This document shows, piece after piece, positions 9,469 to 20,045 of a stretch of 64,000 nt of DNA (positions within the stretch are counted from its first letter, which is position 1; each line of letters starts with the position of its first letter). Made by a program: the position numbers and the translations under genes. The notes beneath the pieces were generated by a model, which did no database searches, was not told the origin of the DNA, and saw nothing but the letters and a program-made list of their open reading frames with translations. Location: assembly GCA_963813555.1 (NCBI GenBank), contig CAWEZX010000003.1, positions 7,882 through 71,881 of the forward strand, written 5' to 3'. Origin of the DNA: an uncultured Alphaproteobacteria bacterium (GTDB lineage Bacteria; Pseudomonadota; Alphaproteobacteria; Rhizobiales; Beijerinckiaceae).

Positions 9469-10494
9469 TCAATTCGTCCCAATCAGAAGGCGGTAGCGGA
9501 TCTGGTCGACGATGACCGCGAGTATGAGCAGCACGCCAAGCAGGACCATCTGCATGTACGAGCCGATTTGCATGAGGTCCATGCCGTTCTGGATGAGCAC
9601 GATGAAGAAGGCGCCGAGCACCACGCCTTCAATGCGGCCGATGCCGCCGCGAAGCGAAACGCCCCCGATGACGCAGGCGGCGATCGATTGGAGCGCGATG
9701 GTTCCGCCGAGATTGGCCTCGCCCAACTCAACGCGCGCCGTCAGCAGCAAGCCGTCGATCGAAGCCAGGAGGGCGCTCGCGGCGTAGGCGATCAGCAAGG
9801 TCGCGGTGGTGTTGATGCCGGAAAGCTTCGCGGCCTTCACATTGCCACCGACGGCGTAGAGGTGACGCCCGAAGCGGGTCCCGTAGAGAAAGACCGCGAG
9901 GACGGCAATCGAAATGATGGCGACGGCGACGGTAACAGGCATGCCGAAAATGCGGCCAAAGCCGAACGTGTCACCGAACGCGTGCGGAAAGCCGGTCACA
10001 GGCACGCCGCCCGTGAGAAACAGGGCTACTCCGGCGCCTACCGACTGAACGCCGAGCGTCATGATGAAGGCCGAAACCCCGAAGACCGCGACCCCGGTCC
10101 CATTGATGAACCCGATGAGGAGCGCAACCGCCATGGCGCCGAGGCAGCCGGCGGCAATGATGAGCCCGACGGAATCGGGAATGGCGGCCATGACGGAGAT
10201 CATGATCATCGCCGAGATGACCGAAGTGAGAGCGATCGTCGTTCCGACCGCGAGATCGAACCCGCCTGTCAGCAATACGATCATCTGACCGAGCGACACG
10301 AGCACCAGATAGACTGACTGACGAGCGACATTGACGATGTTCTGCGCGGTGAGGAATTGCGACGAGGCGAGGGTGAAGACCACGAGCGCGGCGACAAGAA
10401 AGAAGGGGAGCACGCCCAAGCGGATGAGCACGAGCTTCGCTGCGTAGGCCGCGCCAAAGTTCGTGCGAACGGAGGTTGTCGCCTCGACGCTCAC
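9469..10494 (-). CDS. ABC transporter permease (ribose/xylose family)
   Basis: Multi-TM, TGGFDLAVG, YAVGGN..AAKLSGI, GGVSLRGG; GTGA overlap with ATPase stop. Confidence 0.92.
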   Translation of the reverse strand: MSVEATTSVRTNFGAAYAAKLVLIRLGVLPFFLVAALVVFTLASSQFLTAQNIVNVARQSVYLVLVSLGQMIVLLTGGFDLAVGTTIALTSVISAMIMISVMAAIPDSVGLIIAAGCLGAMAVALLIGFINGTGVAVFGVSAFIMTLGVQSVGAGVALFLTGGVPVTGFPHAFGDTFGFGRIFGMPVTVAVAIISIAVLAVFLYGTRFGRHLYAVGGNVKAAKLSGINTTATLLIAYAASALLASIDGLLLTARVELGEANLGGTIALQSIAACVIGGVSLRGGIGRIEGVVLGAFFIVLIQNGMDLMQIGSYMQMVLLGVLLILAVIVDQIRYRLLIGTN

Positions 10495-11984
10495 GCGGCG
10501 GCCTTTCTGCGCTCGAAGAAGCGTGGAAGTACCGCCGCTTCGTTGATCTCGTCGCCTTCGAGCTCGGCGCTGATCTGGCCCGCGGAGAAAATCAACAGCC
10601 GGTGTGAGAGACTCATCGCTTCTTGCAGATCCGAAGAGATCACGACCACCGCTTTCCCACTCTCTGCGAGCGACTTGATCACACGATAGAGCTGCGCCCT
10701 CGTGCCCATGTCGACGCCCACGGTCGGCTCGTCGAACACGTAGAGCGCGTAGTCGCGGCCGAACCCCTTGCCGAACAGAACCTTCTGCTGATTGCCGCCC
10801 GAAAGCTGAGACACGAGGCGACGAAGCATGGGGCGATCGAGGCCAATCGCCTTGGCAATTCCCGCAATGGCCTCGACCGCCCACCGACCGCGCAGGCTGC
10901 CGGTCCCAAGCATGCCGAGCGCAATATTGTCGGACGCGCTTGCAGTCAGCACCAATCCTTCGTTCTTTCTATCAGGCGGGAGGTAATGCACGCCGGCGGC
11001 GATGACCGCATCCGTCCGCGCGCCCGTCATGTCCCGGCCGTTGAGGAGGACCTTGCCGGCAAGCGTGCGGTTGAGGCCCATCACAGCGCGCCAGACGCGC
11101 GATTTGCCCGAGCCAACCAAGCCCGCAAATCCCGTCACCTCGCCGGCCCGGATCGCGAAGCTCGCGCGTGCGACGCCAGCGGCGCTGAGCCCTTCGACCC
11201 TGAGAACCTCGGGGCCGCCGGGACGGCCGATTGGGGGATAGATGGCCCCCATGACGCGCCCCGTCATCATGGCAAGCAGCTCCTCCTCCGACAATCCCGC
11301 CGCAGGAACCGTGCCGAGACAGCGTCCGTCCCGAAGCACAGTGATCCGGTCCGCGATCCGTTGGAACTCGTGAATGCGGTGGGAGATATAGATGACACCC
11401 ACGCCTTTGGCTTTGAGGCGCGCTATGAGTCCAAACAATATTTCCGTCTCGCGATCGGTCAGCGATGCGGTCGGCTCGTCCAGGATGAGAACACGCAAGT
11501 CGCCTCGCATCGCCTTGGCGATCTCTACGAGCTGCTGCTCGCCGCGCGACAGTTGCGAGACGGTCCTGTCGAGATCAATGCCGCGTTCGAGCGCAGCGAA
11601 TAGCGCTTCCGCTCGACGGCGTCCCTCGCCCCGCCGCAGAAAGCCGAGCGAGGCCGGCTCTTCGCCGAGAACGAGATTCTCGAGCACGGTTTGAGTGGGG
11701 ACAAGGGAGAATTCCTGGAACACGGCCGAGACACCGAGCTTGCGGGCGTTCCGCACCGTGAAAACCGTCACAGGTTCGCCGGCGATTTCAACCGACCCGC
11801 TGGTTGGGGTCATGGCGCCGGCGAGGATCGAGATCAGAGTGGATTTGCCCGCGCCGTTCTCGCCGAACAGCACATGAACCTCGCCCGCTTCAAGGGCGAA
11901 GTCCACATAGTCGAGCGCAACGACGCCCGGATAACGCTTGGTGAGGCCGCGCGCTTCGACAATCGGTTTTTGAAGATCGGCCAT
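10491..11984 (-). CDS. Sugar-type ABC transporter ATP-binding protein (tandem NBD)
   Basis: GENGAGKS, LILDEPT, LSGGNQQK, DEPTVGVD; own ATG at 11984. Confidence 0.92.
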   Translation of the reverse strand: MADLQKPIVEARGLTKRYPGVVALDYVDFALEAGEVHVLFGENGAGKSTLISILAGAMTPTSGSVEIAGEPVTVFTVRNARKLGVSAVFQEFSLVPTQTVLENLVLGEEPASLGFLRRGEGRRRAEALFAALERGIDLDRTVSQLSRGEQQLVEIAKAMRGDLRVLILDEPTASLTDRETEILFGLIARLKAKGVGVIYISHRIHEFQRIADRITVLRDGRCLGTVPAAGLSEEELLAMMTGRVMGAIYPPIGRPGGPEVLRVEGLSAAGVARASFAIRAGEVTGFAGLVGSGKSRVWRAVMGLNRTLAGKVLLNGRDMTGARTDAVIAAGVHYLPPDRKNEGLVLTASASDNIALGMLGTGSLRGRWAVEAIAGIAKAIGLDRPMLRRLVSQLSGGNQQKVLFGKGFGRDYALYVFDEPTVGVDMGTRAQLYRVIKSLAESGKAVVVISSDLQEAMSLSHRLLIFSAGQISAELEGDEINEAAVLPRFFERRKAAA

Positions 11985-12043
11985 GACCGGCGAAATGAAG
12001 GGACACCGGCCCAAGGGCCGACATCCATGAGGGATGAGCGTCC

Positions 12044-13115
12044 TCAGTTGACCTTGAATACGGCCTTGAAGTCGTTCGGGGGCAAAATGTTGTCGTGCGG
12101 CACGGTCGTCAGGTTCGACTTGTCGACGACGAAGATCTTCGGTCCCACGTGCTTGATGAGATCCTTGCCTTCGAGAAGGCGCGTCGCCTGATCGATCGCG
12201 ATGCGGCCTTGGATGACCATCGAGTCCGCCGGCGCCGCAGTGATGAAACCGCGTTCGATCCCGTCGTAGAACTCCCGGCGTCATGTAGAAAGCGAGCAGG
12301 CCGATCTTGTCGATCAGGCCGCGCTCGCGCAGCAAGCCGATCGAGGCCTCGGCGGTGACCGCAGTTCCCGCGATATATTTCATGTCCGGATTGGCTTGCA
12401 GAACGTCCTCGACGAGCTTGAGCTGCACCTCCTTGCCGGTGTCGCCATATTTGGGCGGGAGCACTTCGACCGCGGTTCCCTTGACCGCGTCCATGAAGCC
12501 CTTGTTGGCGGCCTCGACCCAGCCGGCGCCGGCGGGACCGGGGAACCAGCCGACCTTCACCGGCGGCGACCCAGCCGGATGCTTCTCGGCGAGATATTCG
12601 CCGGTGGTATGACCCATGGTGTAGAAAGAGACGAGCGACTTCGCCGAGATGTCGGGCGAATTGATGCCGTTGATCACGTCGATGATCGGAATCTTCTTCT
12701 CGTGGAGCTCCTTGACGAGATTGTTCAGGCCGTCGGCGGAGATGGCGCCGATGACCACCGCCTGCGCGCCGTTCGCCACGCAGTCTTCGATCTGGGAAAT
12801 CTGTTTGTTGAGCTCCGTATAGCCACCTGCCTCGACAAGGTTCATCGAGACGCCGAGGCGCTTCGCCTCCTGGACCACACCGTAGTCGACGCCGAGCCAG
12901 TAGGCGTCCTTCATATGAGGAAAGGACACGCAAATCTTCCACGGCTTCGACGCCTTCTCAAGTGGCACGTACTCGACCGACGAAACCTTGCCGTTGGGAT
13001 CGAAAGGCGGAGTGACCTCCTCGGCCTTGTACGGGAACCACTCGGCCGCTGACACAGGCGCGGCCGTCGCGAGGGTCGAGACGCCTGCGCAAACTGCGAA
13101 TGCAAGGACTTTCAT
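12044..13115 (-). pseudogene. TorT-family periplasmic binding protein with a +1 frameshift near 12270
   Basis: Signal peptide, CVSFPHMKDAYW, EAGGY; C-terminal YDGIERG...FKAVFKVN continues in another frame to TGA 12044; span 1072 bp = 357 codons + 1. Confidence 0.85.
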
Positions 13116-13185
13116 ATCGTTTCCTCCTGACTTGAGCGTTACCCGACTGTCCTAAGCGCCCTCGTCGCACATTGCGCGCCGACGT

Positions 13186-14160
13186 TCAGGAAAGGCTCTC
13201 CTTCACCCGACCCGCCATGGCTTTCCGCTCGGCCCGCGCTTTCAAGGCGGTCTCCATATCGACCTTGACGAAGCGCGTCGGCTGGTGCGGTTGCAACTGA
13301 CCGATGAGGTCCATGTCGGCCGAGATGACGGTTCCGAGCATGAAATACCCGCCGCCCGACACCGCGTCGCGGTGGAGAACGATGGGTTCCGTGCCTCCGG
13401 GGACCTGGATCGATCCGTATGGGTAGCAGCTGTCGACGATGTTGGAAGGGTCCGAGCCGGCGCCGAATGGCGGCTTCCTTGGCGCAAACGAGAGGGCGCG
13501 GCCGCCGCGGAAGCGATATCCAATTCGATCGGCCTCGGGCGCAACCTTCCATGTGTCCTCGAAAAAGGTCTTGCCCGCCTCTTCCGTCAGACGATGCCAG
13601 TAGAGCCCGGGGAGCACGCGCAGTTCGGACGTTCCGCGGACTTCGAAGCGCAGGTTAGGGGGCACGCTCCGGCCGGGCTTCGCGTGCCCGGGTTGGGTTC
13701 CCACTTTCACGCGATCGCCGGCTTTCAGAGCGCGACCCTCGAAGCCGCCGAGCGCGCCGAGCGGATAGGTGGAGCGGGAGCCCAGCACGACGGGCACGTC
13801 GACGCCGCCGGCGACGGCGATATAGGCGCGCGCGCCCGATTTGAGGAAGCCGAACGACAGTGTCTGGCCCGACTTCACCGTAAACGACGTCCAGTTGGGC
13901 TCATCGGCGCCGTCGACTTTGGGCGGCATGTGCGCGCCGCACACGGCCACGACGGCGTCGCGGTCGAAGCGGATCTCCGGTCCCTGAAACACCGCCTCAA
14001 GCGCCGCCGCGCCTTCGGAATTACCGACCAGCAGGTTCGCCGCAGCGAGCGAAAACTTGTCCATGCCGCCGGATTCGGGGATGCCGAGATGATAGTAGCC
14101 TGGCCGGCCGAGATCCTGAACGGTGGTGGAGAGGCCAGGCTTCAGGATCTCAAGCGCCAT
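13186..14160 (-). CDS. PxpC/allophanate-hydrolase-subunit-2-like carboxyltransferase domain protein
   Basis: PGLSTTVQDLGRPG, GAALE, DRIGYR, GSIQVP..EPIVLHRD..SGGGY. Confidence 0.88.
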   Translation of the reverse strand: MALEILKPGLSTTVQDLGRPGYYHLGIPESGGMDKFSLAAANLLVGNSEGAAALEAVFQGPEIRFDRDAVVAVCGAHMPPKVDGADEPNWTSFTVKSGQTLSFGFLKSGARAYIAVAGGVDVPVVLGSRSTYPLGALGGFEGRALKAGDRVKVGTQPGHAKPGRSVPPNLRFEVRGTSELRVLPGLYWHRLTEEAGKTFFEDTWKVAPEADRIGYRFRGGRALSFAPRKPPFGAGSDPSNIVDSCYPYGSIQVPGGTEPIVLHRDAVSGGGYFMLGTVISADMDLIGQLQPHQPTRFVKVDMETALKARAERKAMAGRVKESLS

Positions 14161-15031
14161 AAAGCGCCCCCAAGATTTTCACGTTGGTCGCCGCCGGGCT
14201 GGCGTGAAACTCGTCGAGCGAAAACGCCACCGGCCGCATCGTCGGCTCGAACCGCCCGGCATTCACGAGTTCAACCGCCGCGTCATAGCCGTCGCGATCC
14301 ACCGGCTTGAACTTCACGATGTCGCCCGGCTTGAAGAAGATCATGAAGTCGCTGAGGTACGACACTTCCTGTTTGGGGTCGTAGATGGGCATCGGCGTGA
14401 TGCCGAAGAGCTGATACCCCCCGGCCCCGCGAACGGAATAGATGCACCCGAAACAGCCGCCGTGACCGACGGTGAGCTTCGGCGTATCGGTCCTCGGCCG
14501 CAGATATTTCGGGACCTCGATCTGCTTCTCCCGCTCGACCATTTGATACATGAACGGCAACCCGGCGACGAAGCCGACCATCGAGACGAACCACGGCGCG
14601 CCTGAATGCGCCTGGATGAAATCCGGGACGCCGCCGTAGCCATTGATGCGGGCGGCGTATTCGAGGTCGGTCCCGGTCGGGTCCTGGTGCCGCTCGCGAA
14701 AGCGCATCAGCGTTTCGTGCGTCCAGGGATCGTTGTAGTGGACCGGAACCTCGAGGATCCGGGTGGACAGCGTATGGCCGCTCTTCGCCGCCGCGGCCTC
14801 GAGGCGCTTGAGTTCGGCCAGCATGTCGTTGGGACTGATCTGGTCCGGGTCGAAGCGGATTTGGTAAGAGGCGTTGGCCGGGCAGATTTCGGTGACGCCC
14901 TTGATCCGGCTCTCGCGCACCGCGTTGGTCATCGACAGGGATTTGAAGAAGGCGTCGAGCGACATTTCCTCGTCGACCTCGACGAAGATGTGATCGTCGC
15001 CCCCGAACGAATACCTGGTCTCCATCCCCAT
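14150..15031 (-). CDS. PxpB/allophanate-hydrolase-subunit-1-like protein
   Basis: GGDDHIFVE, EICPANASY, MVGFVAGLP, GAGGYQLFG.TP. Confidence 0.88.
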   Translation of the reverse strand: MGMETRYSFGGDDHIFVEVDEEMSLDAFFKSLSMTNAVRESRIKGVTEICPANASYQIRFDPDQISPNDMLAELKRLEAAAAKSGHTLSTRILEVPVHYNDPWTHETLMRFRERHQDPTGTDLEYAARINGYGGVPDFIQAHSGAPWFVSMVGFVAGLPFMYQMVEREKQIEVPKYLRPRTDTPKLTVGHGGCFGCIYSVRGAGGYQLFGITPMPIYDPKQEVSYLSDFMIFFKPGDIVKFKPVDRDGYDAAVELVNAGRFEPTMRPVAFSLDEFHASPAATNVKILGALYGA

Positions 15032-15047
15032 CCTTCCTACGGCCCTC

Positions 15048-16421
15048 TCACGCGGCCCGACCGATCGCCGGCAGGTTCGAAGGCAGCCAATCCTCCAACC
15101 AGCGCGTATGGACGGCGTCGTTTCGAACGTCTTCGTCATCGAGAAGCGCGAGATGCAGCCCGCGCGTCGTCGCCACTCCTTCGATCGAGAGGTTCTGCAA
15201 TGCGGTTCGCAGGCGGCGGAGCGTCTCCTCCCGACTGTCGCCGGCAACGATCAACTTGCCGAGAAGGCTATCGTAAAAGGGCGGCACGACATAGCCCTCA
15301 TACAACATCGTGTCGAAACGGACACCCTCGCCCTCGGGCGCGCGAAAGCGAACGACTCTACCGGGTGCCGGTATAAACTGCTTGGCGGGGTCCTCGGCGT
15401 TGATGCGAACCTCGACCGCATGGCCGCGAATGGCGATGTCGGATTGGCGGTAGGGGAGCGACTCTCCGCCCGCGATAAGAAGCATGGACTGAACGAGGTC
15501 GACGCCCGTGATCATCTCAGTCACGGGGTGCTCGACCTGGATGCGGGTGTTCATCTCGATGAAATAGAAGTCGCCGGTCGTCTCGTCGTAGAGATATTCG
15601 AGTGTGCCGGCGCCCCGGTAGGCGACGCTTTTCGCGAGCCGCACGGCGGAGGCGCACAGCGCTTCGCGCCGCTCGGGGGAAAGGCAGATCGCGGGCGCCT
15701 CCTCCCAGACCTTTTGACGGCGGCGCTGCAGTGAACATTCGCGCTCGTAGAGATGGATCGCGGCTTCTCCATCGCCGAGAACCTGAACCTCGATATGACG
15801 GGCGCGCGGGACGAAACGTTCGAGATAAAGGCCTCCGTCCCCGAACGCGGCGAGCGCCTCGGCGCTCGCCTGCGGGATCTGAGCCTCGAGTTCCGCGGAG
15901 GACGCGGCAATGCGGATTCCGCGGCCGCCGCCGCCGGCGGCCGCCTTGATCATCAGCGGAAAGCCGATGGCTTCAGCCGCCTCGCGGGCCGCGCCCGCAC
16001 CCTCGATGCGTCCATTGGAGCCCGGTACTGGGGGGACGCCGGCGCGCGCCGCCATCTCGCGCGCCACGGCCTTGTCGCCCATGGCCCGGATCGTCTCGGG
16101 CCGCGGTCCCACGAACACGAGCCCGGCGCTTTCCACCGTCGCAGCGAAGTCCGCGTTCTCCGACAGGAAGCCGTAGCCGGGATGGACGGCGTCGGCGCCG
16201 CTCGCGACGGCGGCGGCGACAACGGCTTCTTTGTTCAGGTAGGATTTTTTGGCGTGCGGCGGCCCGATCTCGGCGACTTCGTCCGCTATCCGCGCGGCCA
16301 GCATCTCCCGGTCGGCGGAGCTGACCGCTTGGACGGTGCGGATGCCGAGCGCCTTCGCGGCGCGTATGATGCGGACGGCGATTTCCCCGCGATTGGCGAC
16401 GAACAGCCTCCGGATCGGCAT
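15048..16421 (-). CDS. Biotin carboxylase
   Basis: ANRGEIA, HPGYGFLSEN, GGGGRG, ERECSLQRRRQK, EMNTRIQVEHPVTE, YDSLLGK. Confidence 0.95.
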   Translation of the reverse strand: MPIRRLFVANRGEIAVRIIRAAKALGIRTVQAVSSADREMLAARIADEVAEIGPPHAKKSYLNKEAVVAAAVASGADAVHPGYGFLSENADFAATVESAGLVFVGPRPETIRAMGDKAVAREMAARAGVPPVPGSNGRIEGAGAAREAAEAIGFPLMIKAAAGGGGRGIRIAASSAELEAQIPQASAEALAAFGDGGLYLERFVPRARHIEVQVLGDGEAAIHLYERECSLQRRRQKVWEEAPAICLSPERREALCASAVRLAKSVAYRGAGTLEYLYDETTGDFYFIEMNTRIQVEHPVTEMITGVDLVQSMLLIAGGESLPYRQSDIAIRGHAVEVRINAEDPAKQFIPAPGRVVRFRAPEGEGVRFDTMLYEGYVVPPFYDSLLGKLIVAGDSREETLRRLRTALQNLSIEGVATTRGLHLALLDDEDVRNDAVHTRWLEDWLPSNLPAIGRAA

Positions 16422-16428
16422 CGCGCGC

Positions 16429-16671
16429 TCAGACGTCGAGGTCGTAGAGCGGCTGGCCGGCCATCACCGGGTCCTCGTTCTCCGCATGGAATGCGAGCAG
16501 GCGCCCGGCCGCCTCCGCGACCACCGGCGTGAACGTCTTCATCACCTCGATGAGCCCCACTGTGTCGCCGATCGCGACATTGTCGCCCTCTCCCTTGAAC
16601 GGCGGCTGATCGGGCGCCGGTTTGCGAAAGAAGGTGCCCGGTACCGGGGCCTCGAACGTCTTGCTCGCCAT
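16429..16671 (-). CDS. Biotin carboxyl carrier protein
   Basis: EVMK biotinylation motif, APVPGTF. Confidence 0.92.
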   Translation of the reverse strand: MASKTFEAPVPGTFFRKPAPDQPPFKGEGDNVAIGDTVGLIEVMKTFTPVVAEAAGRLLAFHAENEDPVMAGQPLYDLDV

Positions 16672-16694
16672 AGCGACTTGCCCCACCAGGAAGG

Positions 16695-17441
16695 TCAGTG
16701 CTTCTCGAAGCGAGGCGCGATGAAGCCCTCGCTCACCAAACGATCGTGCACCGCCTGCGCGACAAGATGAGCGCCCGGCGTGTCCGAGTGTACGCAGATC
16801 GTGTCCGCTCGAACTTTTATGTCCTTTCCGCCGACGGAACGCGTCACGCCCTCGCGCAGCGCCCTAACGGCGCGGGTCGACGCCTCACCGGGATCGACAG
16901 CCTCATGTTCGCGGGTAATGATGAGCTTGCCGTCGTCGGCATAGTCCAAATCGACGTAATACTCGGCCAGGAACCGATGGCCGCGAGCCGTGTAGACCCT
17001 TTCATGCTCGGTGCCGATCATCCCGAGCAGAGGCGCCTTGAACACGTCCGCCGCGTCGCAGACCGCGTGCGCCATTTCCGGGTCGCGCGCGGCCATGCCA
17101 TAGAGTGACCCGTGAGGTTTGATGTGGTTGAGCGACATGCCCTCAGCCTCGAGAAACCCTTTCAGCGCGCCGATCTGGTAAATCAGGCAGTTGGCCAGTT
17201 CGTCGCGACCGATCTTCATCTCGCGCCGTCCGAACCCCTGTCGATCCGGCAGCGACGGATGCGCGCCGACCTGAACGGCATAGGCCTTGGCCAGTTGCAC
17301 TGTGGCGCGCATGTGGTTGAAGTCGGACGCGTGGAACCCGCAGGCGACATTGGCGATGTGGATGGCCGGCATGATATGGCGGTCGTCACCCAAGCGCCAG
17401 ATGCCGTAACTCTCGCCCATGTCGCAGTTCAGGAGCGTCAT
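16695..17441 (-). CDS. pxpA: PxpA (LamB/YcsF family)
   Basis: LNCDMGESYG, ANVACGFHA, GAHPSLPD..GFGRR, HIKPHGSLY, TICVHSD. Confidence 0.92.
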   Translation of the reverse strand: MTLLNCDMGESYGIWRLGDDRHIMPAIHIANVACGFHASDFNHMRATVQLAKAYAVQVGAHPSLPDRQGFGRREMKIGRDELANCLIYQIGALKGFLEAEGMSLNHIKPHGSLYGMAARDPEMAHAVCDAADVFKAPLLGMIGTEHERVYTARGHRFLAEYYVDLDYADDGKLIITREHEAVDPGEASTRAVRALREGVTRSVGGKDIKVRADTICVHSDTPGAHLVAQAVHDRLVSEGFIAPRFEKH

Positions 17442-18135
17442 CGGCCTCTCCAAGCAATCCTGCAAACACGGTCGCAAACGGGCGGAACCTTGTAAAGCCG
17501 GAAATTATCGTCGGCCGCGCTGAGCAATTCTTGAACCGAAAACCGGATGTCCCAGAGGCAGCAAGCCGATGCCTTGGTCCATATCGACGAGCCGGATGTG
17601 GTGGTGACGGAAAAGACGAGAGGACAACCTTCCTTGCCACGCTCAAATCGGAATGAGTGGCCAAATTGATCATCGGCCGGAGTAAAAAAGAATTGTCTAG
17701 CTTCAGGCTTCAGAACGGCAACGGAGGCGAATATAGGTTGGGTCGAAGTTCGGCAGCCCCGAAGAAACGGGTTCAAGCGCTCGCCGTAAAGGGCCGCGGC
17801 ATCGAACTTGATGCGCTCCACGTCGACGTGATCATTCGCCGCTACGGGGCCGCGACACGCAAAGTGGCGGTTCTCGTCGAGTTCCTGAGAGAGCTTCCAT
17901 GAGTTGGCGGCGCGACGCTGGAGAGAGGCGTTGACGTCCCGGCCTCCGGAACGCGAATTCTGCGCCAAGAAATGATGTGGGGAATCATTCGCCGCTGGCC
18001 GAGCGCGTGGAACATGGTCCGTCCCCGCGCGATGAGCCCGAGGCCGTGCGTGTCGACGTCACCAACGAGCTCGAGGACCTATCCAGACCGACTGGAGGAT
18101 GGTGGCAAGCCCGCTGCAAGCTGCGATGGCCATCA

Positions 18136-18171
18136 GTTCGAATCCCCTCAGCTCCACCAGGAAGTCGGCGC
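18136..18171 (+). repeat. tRNA-Ala-like 3'-end att-like element terminus, copy B
   Basis: GTTCGAATCCCCTCAGCTCCACCA resembles a T-loop to CCA end; upstream sequence is not a tRNA 5' half. Confidence 0.85.
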
Positions 18172-18372
18172 AAACCGCCCTGGGTTCCCGGCGCCTACAA
18201 TCCGTCGACAATTTAGCGCGTTAGCGCGGAAGCTAATGGTCTGCGGGGTCTGTCCCTCTGGGACGACGGGCGTTAGCCGGGGAACGCGGAAATGAGTCTC
18301 CGACGCCGAATTTTGGGTTCCCGACTGGGCGGCTGGACTGATCAGCGAGATCGCGAACCGTTCGGATTGCAA

Positions 18373-19890
18373 TCAGCGTTCGGCGGGCACCCTTAGCCCC
18401 AACGCCGACCATTGGTCAGGCCACGCCATTGGAAGGTCCATCAGGCGCTTGACCCCAAAGCCGCGAGGCAGTCGACCGTCGATCGCCGCTTTGACGAGGG
18501 CGGGGCAAAGGAAAGCGAGCGAGATGGTTCGGCGGATCCAACGTTCGGTTTTGCTTTCGCGCGCGGCGAGCGATCCGATGTTTAGGTTGGGACTGGTGAT
18601 CAGTTCGTCGAGCCAACGATGAGCGTCGCGAAGCGCGTCGGTGAGGACCGCGCGCGCTTCGGTTCGCATCGGGCGCGTGACGCAGGGTCGTTCGCCCTCG
18701 CCTTGGATGATCTCGCGGCGCCGGTGGGGCGACGGCGGCGTCCAGGGGATGATCAGGATGCGATTCTGATCGTCACTTGTCGTCCCCTCGGCAAGCTCGA
18801 TTTCGATCGTCGTCCGAGACATGACAACGCGCTCGATGGCGGCGCGTAAGGTTGCGTAGTCGCTCGGGCGCGCCGCTGGAGAATCGGTTGACGCGCCGCG
18901 GCCGCTCGCCTTCGGCTGATGCAGCTCATGCCGACCCTGCCGATTGGAAGCAGGCGAGGCCGCGCGCGCCGCCTCGGCGACCCTGGCGTCGATCTCCAGC
19001 GCCGGCACGCGGGCGACAGATCCCGCCTCGTGTTTGCGACCTTGCAAGACGGCCTGCGAGACATAGTAGCGCCATCGCCGGCCGCCCTTAGCGGCGTGGC
19101 TTGGGCTCATCGGGTTGCCGCGATCATCGAACAACTTGCCCGCGAGAAGCGCGTCCGAGTTCTTCCGTCCTCCCGCGGTGCGTTGCGCGTGCTCGGCAAG
19201 CAGCAGTTGGACACGATCCGACGTCTCCCGATCGATGATCGAATCGTGAAGGCCATCGTAAACCTGGCCCCTGTGGGGCAGCCGCCCAAGGTAGATGGGG
19301 TTCGACAGGATCTTGTAGAGATGGCCCCGGCTGATGAGCCCGCCGCCCGTGGTCTTGCCGGTACTGTCCGTCCTTGTCGGCAGCCGCACGTTCTCTTGGT
19401 CGAGGATAGCCTTGGCCCGCACGACGCTGCCGATCTCAAGATAACGCCGAAAGAGATCTCGGACGAAAGCGGCATGCTCCTCGACGACATGGAGCGCCCG
19501 GTTCTCGACCCGATAGCCGAGCGGAACCACGCCGCCCATCCAGATGCCCTTCCTCTTCGAGGCGGCGATCTTGTCCCGGATCCGCTCGCCCGTGACTTCG
19601 CGCTCAAACTGGGCGAAGGACAGCAGTACGTTGAGGGTCAATCGTCCCATGCTGGTGGTCGTGTTAAACGCCTGGGTAACCGAGACGAACGACACCTGAT
19701 GGGCGTCGAAGAGTTCGACCAGCTTGGCGAAGTCGGCGAGCGAGCGGGTCAGCCGGTCGACCTTGTAGACAACGATCACGTCGATCCGGTGAGCGCGAAC
19801 ATCGTCCAGCAACTTCTTGAGCGCCGGCCGATCTATCGAGCCGCCGGAATAGCCGCCATCGTCGTAGCGGCTGCGGACCAGCTTCCAGCC
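18373..19890 (-). pseudogene. Large serine recombinase (DUF3489-DUF2924 module), first ~50 aa removed at the IS21 junction
   Basis: Begins GWKLVRSRYDDGGYSGG, VYKVDRLTRS, NPIYLG; catalytic-Ser segment (YTRVST) missing. Confidence 0.9.
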
Positions 19891-20045
19891 TGTCAATCGG
19901 CTCGGAAACGGAACCCCGGATCGGCGCGCAAAAGGGACCCCTTGGTTGGTGACAAACGTAGGCGGCAGCGCTCGTCCCGGCGTAGCTGGTCGGGGTTGCG
20001 CAGCCGGGACGAGCGCGGTTTCGGTTGAGGTGAGATCTTCTTGCG

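Noticed and set aside
9103-10317. 404-aa IS66-like fusion protein
   Set aside because: TnpA fragment reading into the antisense strand of the permease
10491-13115. 874-aa binding protein-ATPase fusion as a novel architecture
   Set aside because: Explained by one extra base; the true binding-protein C-terminus is in another frame and the ATPase has its own ATG at 11984
17657-17902. LysR-like C-terminal remnant (RKVAVLVEFLRE); similar remnant near 38200-38330
   Set aside because: Resemblance limited to a few residues; cannot support a call
18100-18159. tRNA-Ala gene (also at 8706-8760)
   Set aside because: Only the T-loop-to-CCA portion is present; no D arm, anticodon arm or 5' acceptor strand
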